DNA from: a candidate division WOR-3 bacterium
Lineage (GTDB): Bacteria > Hydrothermota > Tepidihabitantia > Tepidihabitantales > DTDR01
Assembly: GCA_025060715.1 (NCBI GenBank)
Contig: JANXBG010000001.1
Location: 30,345 to 94,344, forward strand
DNA: 64,000 bases
Direction of reading: 5' to 3'
The position numbers and the translations under genes are program-made. The notes beneath the pieces are model-generated. The model was not told the DNA's origin. It did not search any database and was given only the letters and a program-made list of their open reading frames with translations. Of the stretch, positions 49,927 through 59,238 are shown in pieces; the stretch's first letter is position 1; each line of letters opens with the position of its first letter.

Positions 49927-50026
49927 TATTGAAATCAAGAAATTAGAATAGATACCATATAGTATCCTATACAGTCCCCTATAATAATATAAATAATTTT
50001 TTATTATAATTGAATATAATAAAAAA

Positions 50027-50971
50027 TCAATATTCTTTCTCTTTCTTTTCTGAAATCTTTTGAATAAGTGTATAAGATTTTCTAACAAACCAGGGAAACT
50101 CTTTATATTTTTCATACCATTTATTTAGCCATTCCTTTGTTTCCTTATCGTTTAAATTACCACTACCAATTGTTAAATTCTCAATTTGGTATTCGGGATT
50201 ATTTCTAATTTGTGAAAAGAAAGTCTCTTTAAAAAATTTACCAATAAGGGCAGCAGTTTTTACTTCTAAATATTTTTCATCAGCCTTTCTCTTAACAACA
50301 ATTTCCACTCCTTTTTTTGCTAAATCAATTAAAAAATTTTTCAATTTTTTACCAACACCATAATCATCAATAGTAATACGCAGATTTTTTAAATCTTTAC
50401 CATCAGTCAATTTTTTTAAAATTGATAGATAACCAATATCCATTAAATGATTGATTTTATATTTATCAATTGATAAGGGCGGAATCTTTTTGCCAACAAA
50501 AATTAAACCATCTTTTTTATAAGATAAAATTCTTTTAAATATCTCCTGCCAATAAGAAAGATTATGATTCTTTTTGATATTAATACTATTAATAATTTCT
50601 TCCAAGGAAGAAAAAAGAGCTTTCGGAATTAAAACACCAATTAAAAATAATGGACCAAATACCTCCCCTTTGTTTGTTTCATCTAAACCTATCCCAAAAT
50701 CCTTGGTTAAAGGAACAAAAAAAGAGCCAGCAATCTTATTTATTTCTTCCCAGATATCAATAACTTCTTTTGACTCTTTTGTTAGTGTGGAATATAAAGT
50801 TCCGGTAGAATAGTAAGTAAAAATTATATCCTTTAATTTTATCCGCCAAATTTCATAAGGAGAATTAATTTTTTCCTCTTCGCCTCCTTTTTGAATTAAA
50901 AGGGATTTGATTTTTTCTGCCTTCTTTTTATTAACAAACCATTTTCTGCCAATTAGAATTCTTTTTATCAA
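50027..50971 (-). CDS. RNase HIII/HII-like fold protein (possibly divergent rnhC)
   Basis: GIGLDETNKGEVFGPL resembles the RNase H2/H3 G-x-DE-x-G-K/R-G motif; KRKADEKYLEVKTAALIGK resembles the conserved C-terminal KADSKxxxVAAASIIAK block. The third acidic catalytic residue (DSK) appears substituted (NHN). Confidence 0.4.
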   Translation of the reverse strand: MIKRILIGRKWFVNKKKAEKIKSLLIQKGGEEEKINSPYEIWRIKLKDIIFTYYSTGTLYSTLTKESKEVIDIWEEINKIAGSFFVPLTKDFGIGLDETNKGEVFGPLFLIGVLIPKALFSSLEEIINSINIKKNHNLSYWQEIFKRILSYKKDGLIFVGKKIPPLSIDKYKINHLMDIGYLSILKKLTDGKDLKNLRITIDDYGVGKKLKNFLIDLAKKGVEIVVKRKADEKYLEVKTAALIGKFFKETFFSQIRNNPEYQIENLTIGSGNLNDKETKEWLNKWYEKYKEFPWFVRKSYTLIQKISEKKEKEY

Positions 50972-52134
50972 TAATCGTAAATCCTTTTTTCTCCTTCAAT
51001 CTTTTTAATTTCGGTAATATCCTGAGTTACTTCCATACAGCCTAAATATTCACCTTTTTTATCACGGACAGCAAAATAGCGAATATGAACCAATTTTCCT
51101 TGATAGGAAATCCAAAATTCAGCAATATCCCTTTTTTTACTTTTAAAATCGCTCAAAATTCTTTCCACAATATGAATACTCTTTTGGGGATGGCATTGTT
51201 GAACCTTTCTACCCAAAACTGCTTTGGTGCGTAAAAATATCCTTTCCTTTGATTGATTAAAATATCTAACAATATCATCCTTATCAACAAAGGTAATGTC
51301 AAAAGGTAAAGTATTTAAAAGGGCCTCCAATTCTTCTAAGGAAAAAGAGCCAGTTTCAAAATTAATCGGTAAAATTTCTGAGATTTTCTTTTTCTCCTCT
51401 TTTATCTCTTCTTTTTTAATAATCTCTTGAGGGGTAAAACAGCAATAACCAATTTCATCAAATTCCTTTCTTATCTCTTGCCATTCTTCTTTTCTTATTA
51501 CTTGTAAAGCAGTTGGAAAAAGGATTTTATTCTCTTTATAAAAATGGGAATTTAGCATTTCAAAAAGCTCCTTTACCTTCTCTTTTAAAGGATTTAATTC
51601 TCTCTTTTCCCATAATTGATAAATCTCTTTTTTGATACTTCGGATTTTATCGTGTTCCATCCACATTATTGCTGGTGGCTGGGTTATCCCATGCTTTTCT
51701 AAATAGGGGAAAAGAACATTCTCTTCTCTTAAATAATGAGATTCCGAATCTTTAAAATGATGGATAATTTCTTCTAATTTTTCGTTTATTTTATTTTCCA
51801 AAAGGGCTTCGTAAAATTCTTTGGCATTTATTAAAAGAAATTTATGTTCGGTCATTAAAATATGAATTGGATGGCCCGCTTCGGTTAGAATCTCTTCCTT
51901 TTCCAATTCTTCTTCAAAAAGGGCTAAATGGAGAGCACAGAAACTTTGGATTTCCTCTCTACCCATTCCTTCCCTAATCAATTCTTCTTCAATCTCAGCA
52001 ATTGCTTTTGGTGTTAAGCCTTTTAAAGATTCCTTAAATTCTTCTTTCAATTTTTTAATATCTTCACCTTGGTGAATCCTTTTTATTATCTCTTTAATTA
52101 ACTCTTTTTTATTTTTTCCAAAAATTTCACTCAT
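50968..52134 (-). CDS. DUF438 / hemerythrin-like / PAS-domain sensor protein
   Basis: Hemerythrin HHE-type motifs (HPIHILMTEHKFLL; HYLREENVLFPYLEKHG) and a C-terminal PAS-like block (ITFVDKDDIVRYFNQ...VQQCHPQKS...). N-terminal region matches my memory of DUF438. Confidence 0.6.
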   Translation of the reverse strand: MSEIFGKNKKELIKEIIKRIHQGEDIKKLKEEFKESLKGLTPKAIAEIEEELIREGMGREEIQSFCALHLALFEEELEKEEILTEAGHPIHILMTEHKFLLINAKEFYEALLENKINEKLEEIIHHFKDSESHYLREENVLFPYLEKHGITQPPAIMWMEHDKIRSIKKEIYQLWEKRELNPLKEKVKELFEMLNSHFYKENKILFPTALQVIRKEEWQEIRKEFDEIGYCCFTPQEIIKKEEIKEEKKKISEILPINFETGSFSLEELEALLNTLPFDITFVDKDDIVRYFNQSKERIFLRTKAVLGRKVQQCHPQKSIHIVERILSDFKSKKRDIAEFWISYQGKLVHIRYFAVRDKKGEYLGCMEVTQDITEIKKIEGEKRIYDY

Positions 52135-52570
52135 TATTTTCTCCTTTCAGTTTTTTACATAATTCATCAATCTTCTCTTTTAATAATTCTCTAATTTCCC
52201 GATAAAAATTTAGAATCTCTTTTTCTTCACCTTTGGCTAATTTTGGGTTAGGAATGTCCCAAAATAATCTTTCTTTTACCTTCCCAACAAAATAGGGGCA
52301 GTTATTTTTGGCATCTTGGCCACAGAGCGTTATTACATAATCAAACTCTTGATTAAAAAACTCATCAACCAATTTACTTCTTTGTTGGGAAATATCAATA
52401 TTAATCTCTTTCATTATCAAAATAGCCTTAGGGTCAATCTCGGTAATTCTGCTACCGGCACTTTTTGCTTGACAACAATGGGAATAAAGATTATTCACAA
52501 TTCCTTCGGCAATTTGACTACGGCAGGAATTTTCTTCACAAAGAAAAAGAATTTTGATCTTCTTATTCAT
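52127..52570 (-). CDS. arsC: Arsenate reductase, thioredoxin-coupled LMW-PTP family
   Basis: ILFLCEENSCRSQIAEG P-loop CX5R with the Cys10/Cys82/Cys89 triad (LCGQDAKNNC). An LMW protein-tyrosine phosphatase is the alternative. Confidence 0.7.
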   Translation of the reverse strand: MNKKIKILFLCEENSCRSQIAEGIVNNLYSHCCQAKSAGSRITEIDPKAILIMKEINIDISQQRSKLVDEFFNQEFDYVITLCGQDAKNNCPYFVGKVKERLFWDIPNPKLAKGEEKEILNFYREIRELLKEKIDELCKKLKGENNE

Positions 52571-52582
52571 TGAGAATTATAC

Positions 52583-52611
52583 TTGATTTTTAAATAAATG
52601 TCAATTATAAT
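52583..52611 (+). promoter_or_regulatory. Sigma-70-type promoter TTGATT-N17-TATAAT for cmk (leaderless)
   Basis: -10 at 52606-52611, only 8 nt before the cmk ATG (52620), with no SD. Confidence 0.45.
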
Positions 52612-52619
52612 TTAAAACG

Positions 52620-53300
52620 ATGAAAAAAAATTTTATTGTTGCCATTGACGGCTATGCGGGTTCGGGGAAAAGCACAATTGCCAAGGAAGTTGCTAAAAGA
52701 TTAAATTTTTTCTATTTAGATACTGGAGCAATGTATCGGGCAATAACTTATAAGATTATTAAAGAAAGAATTAATTACCAAAATGAAGAGGAGTTAAAGA
52801 GATTACTTAAAAATATAAAAATTAATTTTAAGGAAGAAAAAGGTAAAATAAGAGTTTATTTAGATAGTGAAGATGTGACTGAAAAAATAAGGGAACCAGA
52901 AGTAGAAAAATTGGTTTCGCCCATTTCAGCAATAAAAATTGTGCGGGAAAAATTAGTAAAATTACAAAGAAATATTGCTCGTCAAAAAAATATAATTGCT
53001 GAAGGAAGGGATATTACCTCGGTGGTTTTTCCCAAAGCTGATGTGAAGATTTTTGTTGATTGCCAATTAAAAGAAAGGGCAAAGAGAAGATTTAAAGAAG
53101 CTAAAGAAAAAGGATATAAAATAAAATTTAGAGAGGTTTTAAAAAATCTTATTATTCGTGATAAGATTGATCAAGGGAGAAAGTATAGTCCTTTAAGAAA
53201 GACTGCTGACAGTATTTATTTAGATACTACTAATTTAACAATTGAGGAAGAGGTAGATTTAGTGAAATCTTTAATAGAATATCTAAAAGGAAAGAGATGA
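52620..53300 (+). CDS. cmk: Cytidylate kinase
   Basis: IVAIDGYAGSGKSTIAKEVAKRLNFFYLDTGAMYRA. Confidence 0.9.
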   Translation: MKKNFIVAIDGYAGSGKSTIAKEVAKRLNFFYLDTGAMYRAITYKIIKERINYQNEEELKRLLKNIKINFKEEKGKIRVYLDSEDVTEKIREPEVEKLVSPISAIKIVREKLVKLQRNIARQKNIIAEGRDITSVVFPKADVKIFVDCQLKERAKRRFKEAKEKGYKIKFREVLKNLIIRDKIDQGRKYSPLRKTADSIYLDTTNLTIEEEVDLVKSLIEYLKGKR

Positions 53301-53929
53301 AGTGGTATTGGAGATTGGGTTTTATTTTAACTTTACCAATTTCTTTTCTTTTTTTGAAAGTAAAAAATAGGCATTATTTACCAAAAGGAAAAGCCCTGAT
53401 TGTTTGTAATCACACTTCTAATTTTGACCCAATTTTAATAAGTTTAGCCAGTTTAGAAGAGTTATATTTTCTTGCCAAAAAAGAACTTTTTGAAGTTAAT
53501 CGGTTTTTTACCTGGTTGATAAAAGCTTTTAACGCCATTTCTTTGGATCGCCAAGGAATTGACCTAACTGCTTTAAAAAGGGTAAAAGAAGTTTTTGATA
53601 GAAATAAAAAATTAGTTCTCTTTCCAGAAGGCACCCGTTCCAAAAGTGGGGGGCTGGGGATTTTTAAGGATGGGGCCAGTTTTTTGGCTTTAAAGTTTGG
53701 GGTTCCGATTGTTCCTTGTTATATAAGAGGAGTAAGAGATTCTTTTATTCCTTGGATTGTTGATAGGGATTTAATAAAATTTGGTAGCGGAAAAAAAAGA
53801 TTTAGAAAAATTGAGATAACTTTTTTGAGGCCCTTAAAAATAGAAATTTCTTTGAAAGAAAATTTAGATAAAAATTTAATAAAGTATATAACTAAAAAGA
53901 TTGAAGAACGGTTTAAGAATAATGGCTAA
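53297..53929 (+). CDS. plsC: 1-acyl-sn-glycerol-3-phosphate acyltransferase
   Basis: HxxxxD (CNHTSNFD) and FPEGTRS motifs. Confidence 0.8.
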   Translation: MKWYWRLGFILTLPISFLFLKVKNRHYLPKGKALIVCNHTSNFDPILISLASLEELYFLAKKELFEVNRFFTWLIKAFNAISLDRQGIDLTALKRVKEVFDRNKKLVLFPEGTRSKSGGLGIFKDGASFLALKFGVPIVPCYIRGVRDSFIPWIVDRDLIKFGSGKKRFRKIEITFLRPLKIEISLKENLDKNLIKYITKKIEERFKNNG

Positions 53930-54791
53930 AATACATTTGATAAAACCCTATGGTTTTTGTAGTGGATTAAAAAGGGCATTATATTGGATTAAAAATTGTG
54001 AAAAAAAATATTCGCAAATTTTTTTACTTGGTGAATTACTTCATAATCCGATGGTTATAAAAGATTTAAAAGAGAAAGGGATTAAGATAATTAAAGAGAA
54101 AGAAATTGATTTTCTCAATAATCTAAAAGAAGAAAAAGATAAAACTGTGGTGGTGATTAGAACCCATGGAGTTTCGAAGGAAATATTGAAAAAAATACAA
54201 AATTTTGGTATAAATATAATTAACACTATATGTGGGTATATAAAAAAATCTTGTCTTATAGCAGAAAATTTAAAAAAGGAGGGTTATTGGGTTGTGATTG
54301 TTGGTGATTGGGGGCATCCCGAAGTTAAAACGATTAAAAGTTTTGCTGAAGAAAAAGGAATAATATATAAAAAAAATTTAAATCTAAAAAATAATCAAAA
54401 AATAGGTGTTATCTCCCAAACCACTTTAGATGAAACGACTTATAAAGAGGCAATTATTAACATTATAAACAATTTTCAACCTAAAGAATTGAGAATTTTT
54501 AATACCCTTTGTCCCGAGGTTATTGAACGACAGAAGAAAGTAAAAGAAATTGCTAAAAAAGTTGATTTGATGGTAATTGTTGGTGGTAAAAATAGTGCCA
54601 ATACTAAAAGATTAAAAGAGATTGCAGAAAGGGAAGGATGCGAAAGTTTTTGGGTTACTTCCCTTAAGGAGCTACCAAGTTTAAAAACTTTATCTAAAAA
54701 ATTTGCTAAAATTGGTATTGCTTCCGGAACCTCAACACCGGAAAGCTTTGTTGATTTAGTAGTAAAAAATCTTAAAAAAGGAGGTAACTAA
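53922..54791 (+). CDS. ispH: 4-hydroxy-3-methylbut-2-enyl diphosphate reductase
   Basis: Start ATG 53922 (MAKIHLIKPYGFCSGLKRA) rather than the track's 53901. Three-Cys IspH layout; classic ispH-rpsA linkage. Confidence 0.85.
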   Translation: MAKIHLIKPYGFCSGLKRALYWIKNCEKKYSQIFLLGELLHNPMVIKDLKEKGIKIIKEKEIDFLNNLKEEKDKTVVVIRTHGVSKEILKKIQNFGINIINTICGYIKKSCLIAENLKKEGYWVVIVGDWGHPEVKTIKSFAEEKGIIYKKNLNLKNNQKIGVISQTTLDETTYKEAIINIINNFQPKELRIFNTLCPEVIERQKKVKEIAKKVDLMVIVGGKNSANTKRLKEIAEREGCESFWVTSLKELPSLKTLSKKFAKIGIASGTSTPESFVDLVVKNLKKGGN

Positions 54792-54793
54792 AG

Positions 54794-56467
54794 ATGAAAT
54801 TTGAAGAGTTATTACCCCAATATACTGTTCCTTTAAAAGAAAAAGAAATTGTTAAAGGAAGGATTGTAAAGATTTTAAAGAATGTTGTTTTAGTAGATTT
54901 GGGTCTAAAATCGGAAGGCGAATTAAGCATTGATGAATTTTCCGACCCAAATGAGTTAAAAGAAGGGAATGAGATTTATGTTTATTTAGAAAAATTAGAA
55001 GACCGAGAGGGAAAGCCGGTGATTTCCAAAAAGCAGGCGGATTTTATCCTTTGCTGGGATAAAATAAAGGAAAAATATGAAAAAGGAGAAGCGGTAGAAA
55101 TGAAAGTAAAAAAGAAGGTTAAGGGCGGTTTAATAGTAGAGGTTTTTGGTTTGCCTGCTTTTCTGCCTGGTTCACAAATAGATATTAAACCAGTGCCTAA
55201 TCATGATGCTCTTATCGGTCAAGTCTTGAAAGGAAAGATTATTCAAGTAAATTATTCCAAACAGAATATTGTTGTTTCCCGACGCGAACTTTTAGAGGAA
55301 GAAATTCAGAAAAAGCGAGAGGCTTTGTTAAAAAAAGTGAAAGTTGGGGATGTGGTTACGGCCCGAGTAAAATCTCTTACTGATTTTGGTGCCTTTGTTG
55401 AAATTGAAGGGGTAGATGCCCTTTTACATGTTTCTGATATTTCTTGGAATAAAGTTGTCCATCCAAGTGAAGTATTATCTATTGACCAAGAAATAAAAGT
55501 AAAAATATTAGCAATAGATGAAAAATCTTATCGGATTACCGTAGGAATGAAACAGCTTCAACCCCATCCTTGGGATGTAATTGAAGAGAAATATCCAGTT
55601 GGTTCGCGAGTAAAGGGAAAAGTGACCTCTTTAGCGGAGTATGGTGCTTTTGTAGAATTAGAAAAAGGTGTTGAAGGTTTGATCCATGTTTCTGAAATGT
55701 CTTGGACAAGAACTATTCACCATCCTTCACAAATCTTAAAAGTAGGTCAAGAGGTAGAAGCGGTTGTTTTACATGTGGATAAAGAGAACCGAAGAATTTC
55801 CTTAGGTTTAAAACAGACAATGCCCGATCCCTGGTCAATGGTGGATGAGAAGTTTAAAGTTGGCGAAAAGGTTATTGCTAAAATTAGGTCTTATAAAGAA
55901 TTTGGTGCTTTTGTTGAATTAGAAGAAGGTATTGAAGGTTTAATTCCTACGAGTGAAATTTCTTGGACCAAAAAAATAAGACATCCCAAGGAGGTCTTTA
56001 AAAAAGGCCAAAAAGTAGAAGCAGTGATTACTGAGATTGATAAAATTAATCGGCAGATTACTTTAAGCGTGAAAAGATTAAAAGAAGACCCCTTAGAGAT
56101 TTTTGCTCAGGAATATAAGGTTGGTGATAATTTAAAAGTAAGAATTATTGATATTCCTAAGGCAGGGTTAGTGGTGAGTTTACCTTACGGATTAGAAGGG
56201 TTTATTCCTAATAGTTTAGTGGCGCGGGATGAAAAGGGAAAAAGAAAAGAACATAAAATTGGTGAAGAGATTGAAGTAAAGATTAGTGAGATTGATAAAG
56301 AAAAAAGAAGAATTGTTTTGAATGAAAGGGCGGTACAAAAAGAATTGATTAAGGTAGAAGCTGAGCAGGCAGCGGAGGACTCTATTAAAGGCTTTAAAAG
56401 TAAAGAAAAAAAGAGAAAATATACTATTGGTGAGAAAATAAAGCGAGAAAAAAAGGAAAATGAATAA
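54794..56467 (+). CDS. rpsA: 30S ribosomal protein S1
   Basis: 557 aa containing repeated S1 domains (G.V..i...GaFV.l..g..GLiH.Sei.W). Confidence 0.9.
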   Translation: MKFEELLPQYTVPLKEKEIVKGRIVKILKNVVLVDLGLKSEGELSIDEFSDPNELKEGNEIYVYLEKLEDREGKPVISKKQADFILCWDKIKEKYEKGEAVEMKVKKKVKGGLIVEVFGLPAFLPGSQIDIKPVPNHDALIGQVLKGKIIQVNYSKQNIVVSRRELLEEEIQKKREALLKKVKVGDVVTARVKSLTDFGAFVEIEGVDALLHVSDISWNKVVHPSEVLSIDQEIKVKILAIDEKSYRITVGMKQLQPHPWDVIEEKYPVGSRVKGKVTSLAEYGAFVELEKGVEGLIHVSEMSWTRTIHHPSQILKVGQEVEAVVLHVDKENRRISLGLKQTMPDPWSMVDEKFKVGEKVIAKIRSYKEFGAFVELEEGIEGLIPTSEISWTKKIRHPKEVFKKGQKVEAVITEIDKINRQITLSVKRLKEDPLEIFAQEYKVGDNLKVRIIDIPKAGLVVSLPYGLEGFIPNSLVARDEKGKRKEHKIGEEIEVKISEIDKEKRRIVLNERAVQKELIKVEAEQAAEDSIKGFKSKEKKRKYTIGEKIKREKKENE

Positions 56468-57674
56468 ACTATATATTAAAACCTTGGGATGTAAGGTGAA
56501 TTATGCTGAAAGTGATGGATTAGCAAATTTTTTTAAAAAACAAGGATACGAAATTGTAGAAGATGAAAAAAAGGCAGATACGATTTTACTCAATACCTGT
56601 GCTGTTACCAAAGAGGCAGAAAAAAATTCTTTCAAATGGCTCAATCGTTATAAGAAGAAGAATTATCAGATTCTTCTAACTGGTTGTTTAATTCCGCTTT
56701 TGAAGGAAAAACAATTTTCTGGAAATGGACAAATAAAAATTCTTTCTTTGGAAGAAAAACAAAAGATTGTAGAAAAAGAAGAAATTTTACCTTCCCGCCG
56801 TCGGGCTTTTTTAAAAATCGTTGATGGTTGTAATCGTTTTTGCCATTATTGCTTAGTGGGAAGAATTCGGGGAGAAATAAGAAGTGTTTGTGAGGATTGG
56901 GTAGTTAAAGAATGTAAAAGATTAAAAGAATTAGGAATTAAGGAAATTGTTCTTTGCGGAATAAATTTAGGACTTTATGGTAAAGATATTGGTAGTTCCT
57001 TAAAAAATTTACTTTTGCGTTTAGAAAAAGAAATTAGCGATATTCGTTTTAGACTCTCTTCTTTAGAAATAGATACTATTTCTGATGAACTTTTATCATT
57101 GATGATCAAACTTGTTAAAGATGGAATTTTATGTCCCCATTTTCATTTACCCCTTCAATCGGGTTCTGATAGAATTTTAGAAAAAATGGGAAGAAGATAT
57201 CGGATTAAAGAGTATGAGCAAATAATAACAAAAATTATTGAAAATCTTTCGGATGCTAATATTGGTTGTGATGTGATGGTGGGGTATTTAGGAGAAGAAG
57301 AGAAGGATTTTTTACTTACCTATCAATTTTTAGAGAAAGCTCCCTTTGGTTATTTTCATGTTTTTCCTTTTTCTAAAAGACCGTTGACACCGATTTACCA
57401 AGAGAAAGAGACTATTTCGGAAAAGGAGAAAAAAGTAAGATTAAAGATTTTGATGGATTTAAGAGAGAAGAAGATAGAAAAATATTGCCAAAAATTTTTA
57501 AATCAAATACGAAAGGGAATTTTGATTGAAGAAGATATCTATTTGACTGATAATTATCTAAATGTGAAAGTTTTTGGTAATTTAAGAGATATGCTTTATA
57601 TAAAAATTAAAGATTTTTATATAAAAAATAAGAATTTTCCTATTTTGTTAGGTGAAGAATTTAAAGGAGGGTAA
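56460..57674 (+). CDS. MiaB/MtaB-family radical-SAM methylthiotransferase
   Basis: MTTase N-domain with three Cys (LGCKVN, NTCAVT, TGCL) and a radical-SAM CNRFCHYC. No clear TRAM domain, so MtaB/RimO/MiaB subtype is unresolved. Confidence 0.7.
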   Translation: MNKLYIKTLGCKVNYAESDGLANFFKKQGYEIVEDEKKADTILLNTCAVTKEAEKNSFKWLNRYKKKNYQILLTGCLIPLLKEKQFSGNGQIKILSLEEKQKIVEKEEILPSRRRAFLKIVDGCNRFCHYCLVGRIRGEIRSVCEDWVVKECKRLKELGIKEIVLCGINLGLYGKDIGSSLKNLLLRLEKEISDIRFRLSSLEIDTISDELLSLMIKLVKDGILCPHFHLPLQSGSDRILEKMGRRYRIKEYEQIITKIIENLSDANIGCDVMVGYLGEEEKDFLLTYQFLEKAPFGYFHVFPFSKRPLTPIYQEKETISEKEKKVRLKILMDLREKKIEKYCQKFLNQIRKGILIEEDIYLTDNYLNVKVFGNLRDMLYIKIKDFYIKNKNFPILLGEEFKGG

Positions 57675-57675
57675 T

Positions 57676-58608
57676 ATGATTTATTTTTTAATTTTGCTAA
57701 ATTTTCTTTTTTTTAAAGAGATAAAAATTGGTTATGTGGATATGGATAGAATTTTAAAGGATTATGAAGAAGCCAAGGAAGTTTTAAACCAATTACAAAA
57801 AGACATTGATCAATGGGAAAAGGAAGCTGATTCACTAAAAGATCTTCTTAACAAATCAAAAGAAGAGTTAGAAGTAAAAAAATTAATGCTCACCGAGGAG
57901 GGTTTGAAAATAGAAATGGAGAAGATAAATAATATAAGTGAGAGGTATAATAATTTTCTTTATGAAATATGGGGAAAAGGGGGCCGATTAGAAAGGAGGC
58001 AGAATGAATTGATAATGCCCTTAGTAAAAAAAATTAATGAAGTCATCCAGAAGATTGCTGAAAGTGAGGGTTTTACAATTGTTTTTGATGCCAGCGTAAC
58101 AAAGGTCTTGTATGCTGAACCGGGTTTAGATATTACGGAGTTAGTGTTAACGGAATTGAATAAAGAGTATGCTAAGAAAGAGGGGAAAATAATAAAAGAG
58201 GTTTTAGTGGCGGTTTTGCCAATTTATGAAAGTGAAGCTAGGGCTAAAGAAGAAAAATTGGGGGAATATTTTTATAATAATTTAATAGCCTTTTTAAAAA
58301 GAAATCCTAATCTAAAATTAACTGATAAGGAAGATATTGAAAATGCTTTAGTAAGACACAATCTTAAAAAGGGTGATAAGATTGAAAGGAATACTGCTTT
58401 TTTAATTGGTCAAGAACTTTCTTTAGATTACATTGTTTATGGCAATGTTAGCGGAGCAGGGAAAAAGATTATTTGTGAAACAAAAATTATTGATATAAAA
58501 AACAATAATGATATTGCTATTGGTAAAGCCGAGGGGGGCAATAAAGAGGAGGCTTTAAGAAAATTAAACGACCTTATTGGGCGGGCTTTCTATCGGCTAA
58601 TAAAATAA
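57676..58608 (+). CDS. skp: Skp/OmpH periplasmic chaperone fused to a ~150-aa C-terminal domain of unknown function
   Basis: Start ATG 57676 behind AAGGAGGG. Signal peptide, then the OmpH-like part (IGYVDMDRILKDYEEAK...FTIVFDAS...VLYAEPGLDITELVLTELNK), then ...NTAFLIGQELSLDYIVYGNVSGAGKKIICETKIIDIKNNN.... Typical Skp is ~170 aa; this is 310. Confidence 0.6.
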   Translation: MIYFLILLNFLFFKEIKIGYVDMDRILKDYEEAKEVLNQLQKDIDQWEKEADSLKDLLNKSKEELEVKKLMLTEEGLKIEMEKINNISERYNNFLYEIWGKGGRLERRQNELIMPLVKKINEVIQKIAESEGFTIVFDASVTKVLYAEPGLDITELVLTELNKEYAKKEGKIIKEVLVAVLPIYESEARAKEEKLGEYFYNNLIAFLKRNPNLKLTDKEDIENALVRHNLKKGDKIERNTAFLIGQELSLDYIVYGNVSGAGKKIICETKIIDIKNNNDIAIGKAEGGNKEEALRKLNDLIGRAFYRLIK

Positions 58609-59238
58609 ATGTCAAATTCTTTTATTTCGGATAAAGCAAAAATTGCTGAGAATGTTTTAATTTATCCTTTTACCTATATTGGAGAAAATGTTTTTATTGA
58701 TAAAAATACAATAATCTATCCTTTTGTTTGTATTTTAAGAAATACAAAAATTGGTAAAAATTGTCGGATTTTCCCTGGTGCTTTGATTGGTTTTAATGGA
58801 TTTGGTTATGAAAAGAAGGGAGAGGAATATTTTCTTATCCCTCATAATGGTTGGGTGGTTATTGAAGATAATGTTGATATTGGTCCTAATGTAACGATCG
58901 CTTTGGCAAAAGAGGGAGAGACAAGAATTGGCAAAGGAACAAAAATTGATGCTTCCGTTCATATTGGACATAATGTGAAAATTGGAAAAAATTGTATTAT
59001 TATTGCCCAAGTAGGAATTGGGGGTAGTGCAAAGATTGGTGATAATTGTATTTTAGCAGGACAGGTTGGTGTAAGAGACCATTGTGAGATTGGTGATAAT
59101 AGTATTGTTTATGCTAAATCAGCAGTTTTTAAATCCATTCCGAAAAATAGTAAATATTCTGGTATTCCTGCCCGTCCCCATTTTTTAAATCTAAAATATT
59201 GGGCAAAACTTTTAAAAGATGTTCCAAAGAACGATTAA
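58609..59238 (+). CDS. lpxD: UDP-3-O-acylglucosamine N-acyltransferase LpxD, left-handed beta-helix domain only
   Basis: Hexapeptide repeats with the LpxD-typical ...GFGYEKKGEEYFLIPHNGWVVIEDNVDIGPNVTI...IGHNVKIG...AQVGIGGS.... Position between skp and fabZ. 209 aa; lacks the ~100-aa N-terminal uridine-binding domain. Confidence 0.7.
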   Translation: MSNSFISDKAKIAENVLIYPFTYIGENVFIDKNTIIYPFVCILRNTKIGKNCRIFPGALIGFNGFGYEKKGEEYFLIPHNGWVVIEDNVDIGPNVTIALAKEGETRIGKGTKIDASVHIGHNVKIGKNCIIIAQVGIGGSAKIGDNCILAGQVGVRDHCEIGDNSIVYAKSAVFKSIPKNSKYSGIPARPHFLNLKYWAKLLKDVPKND

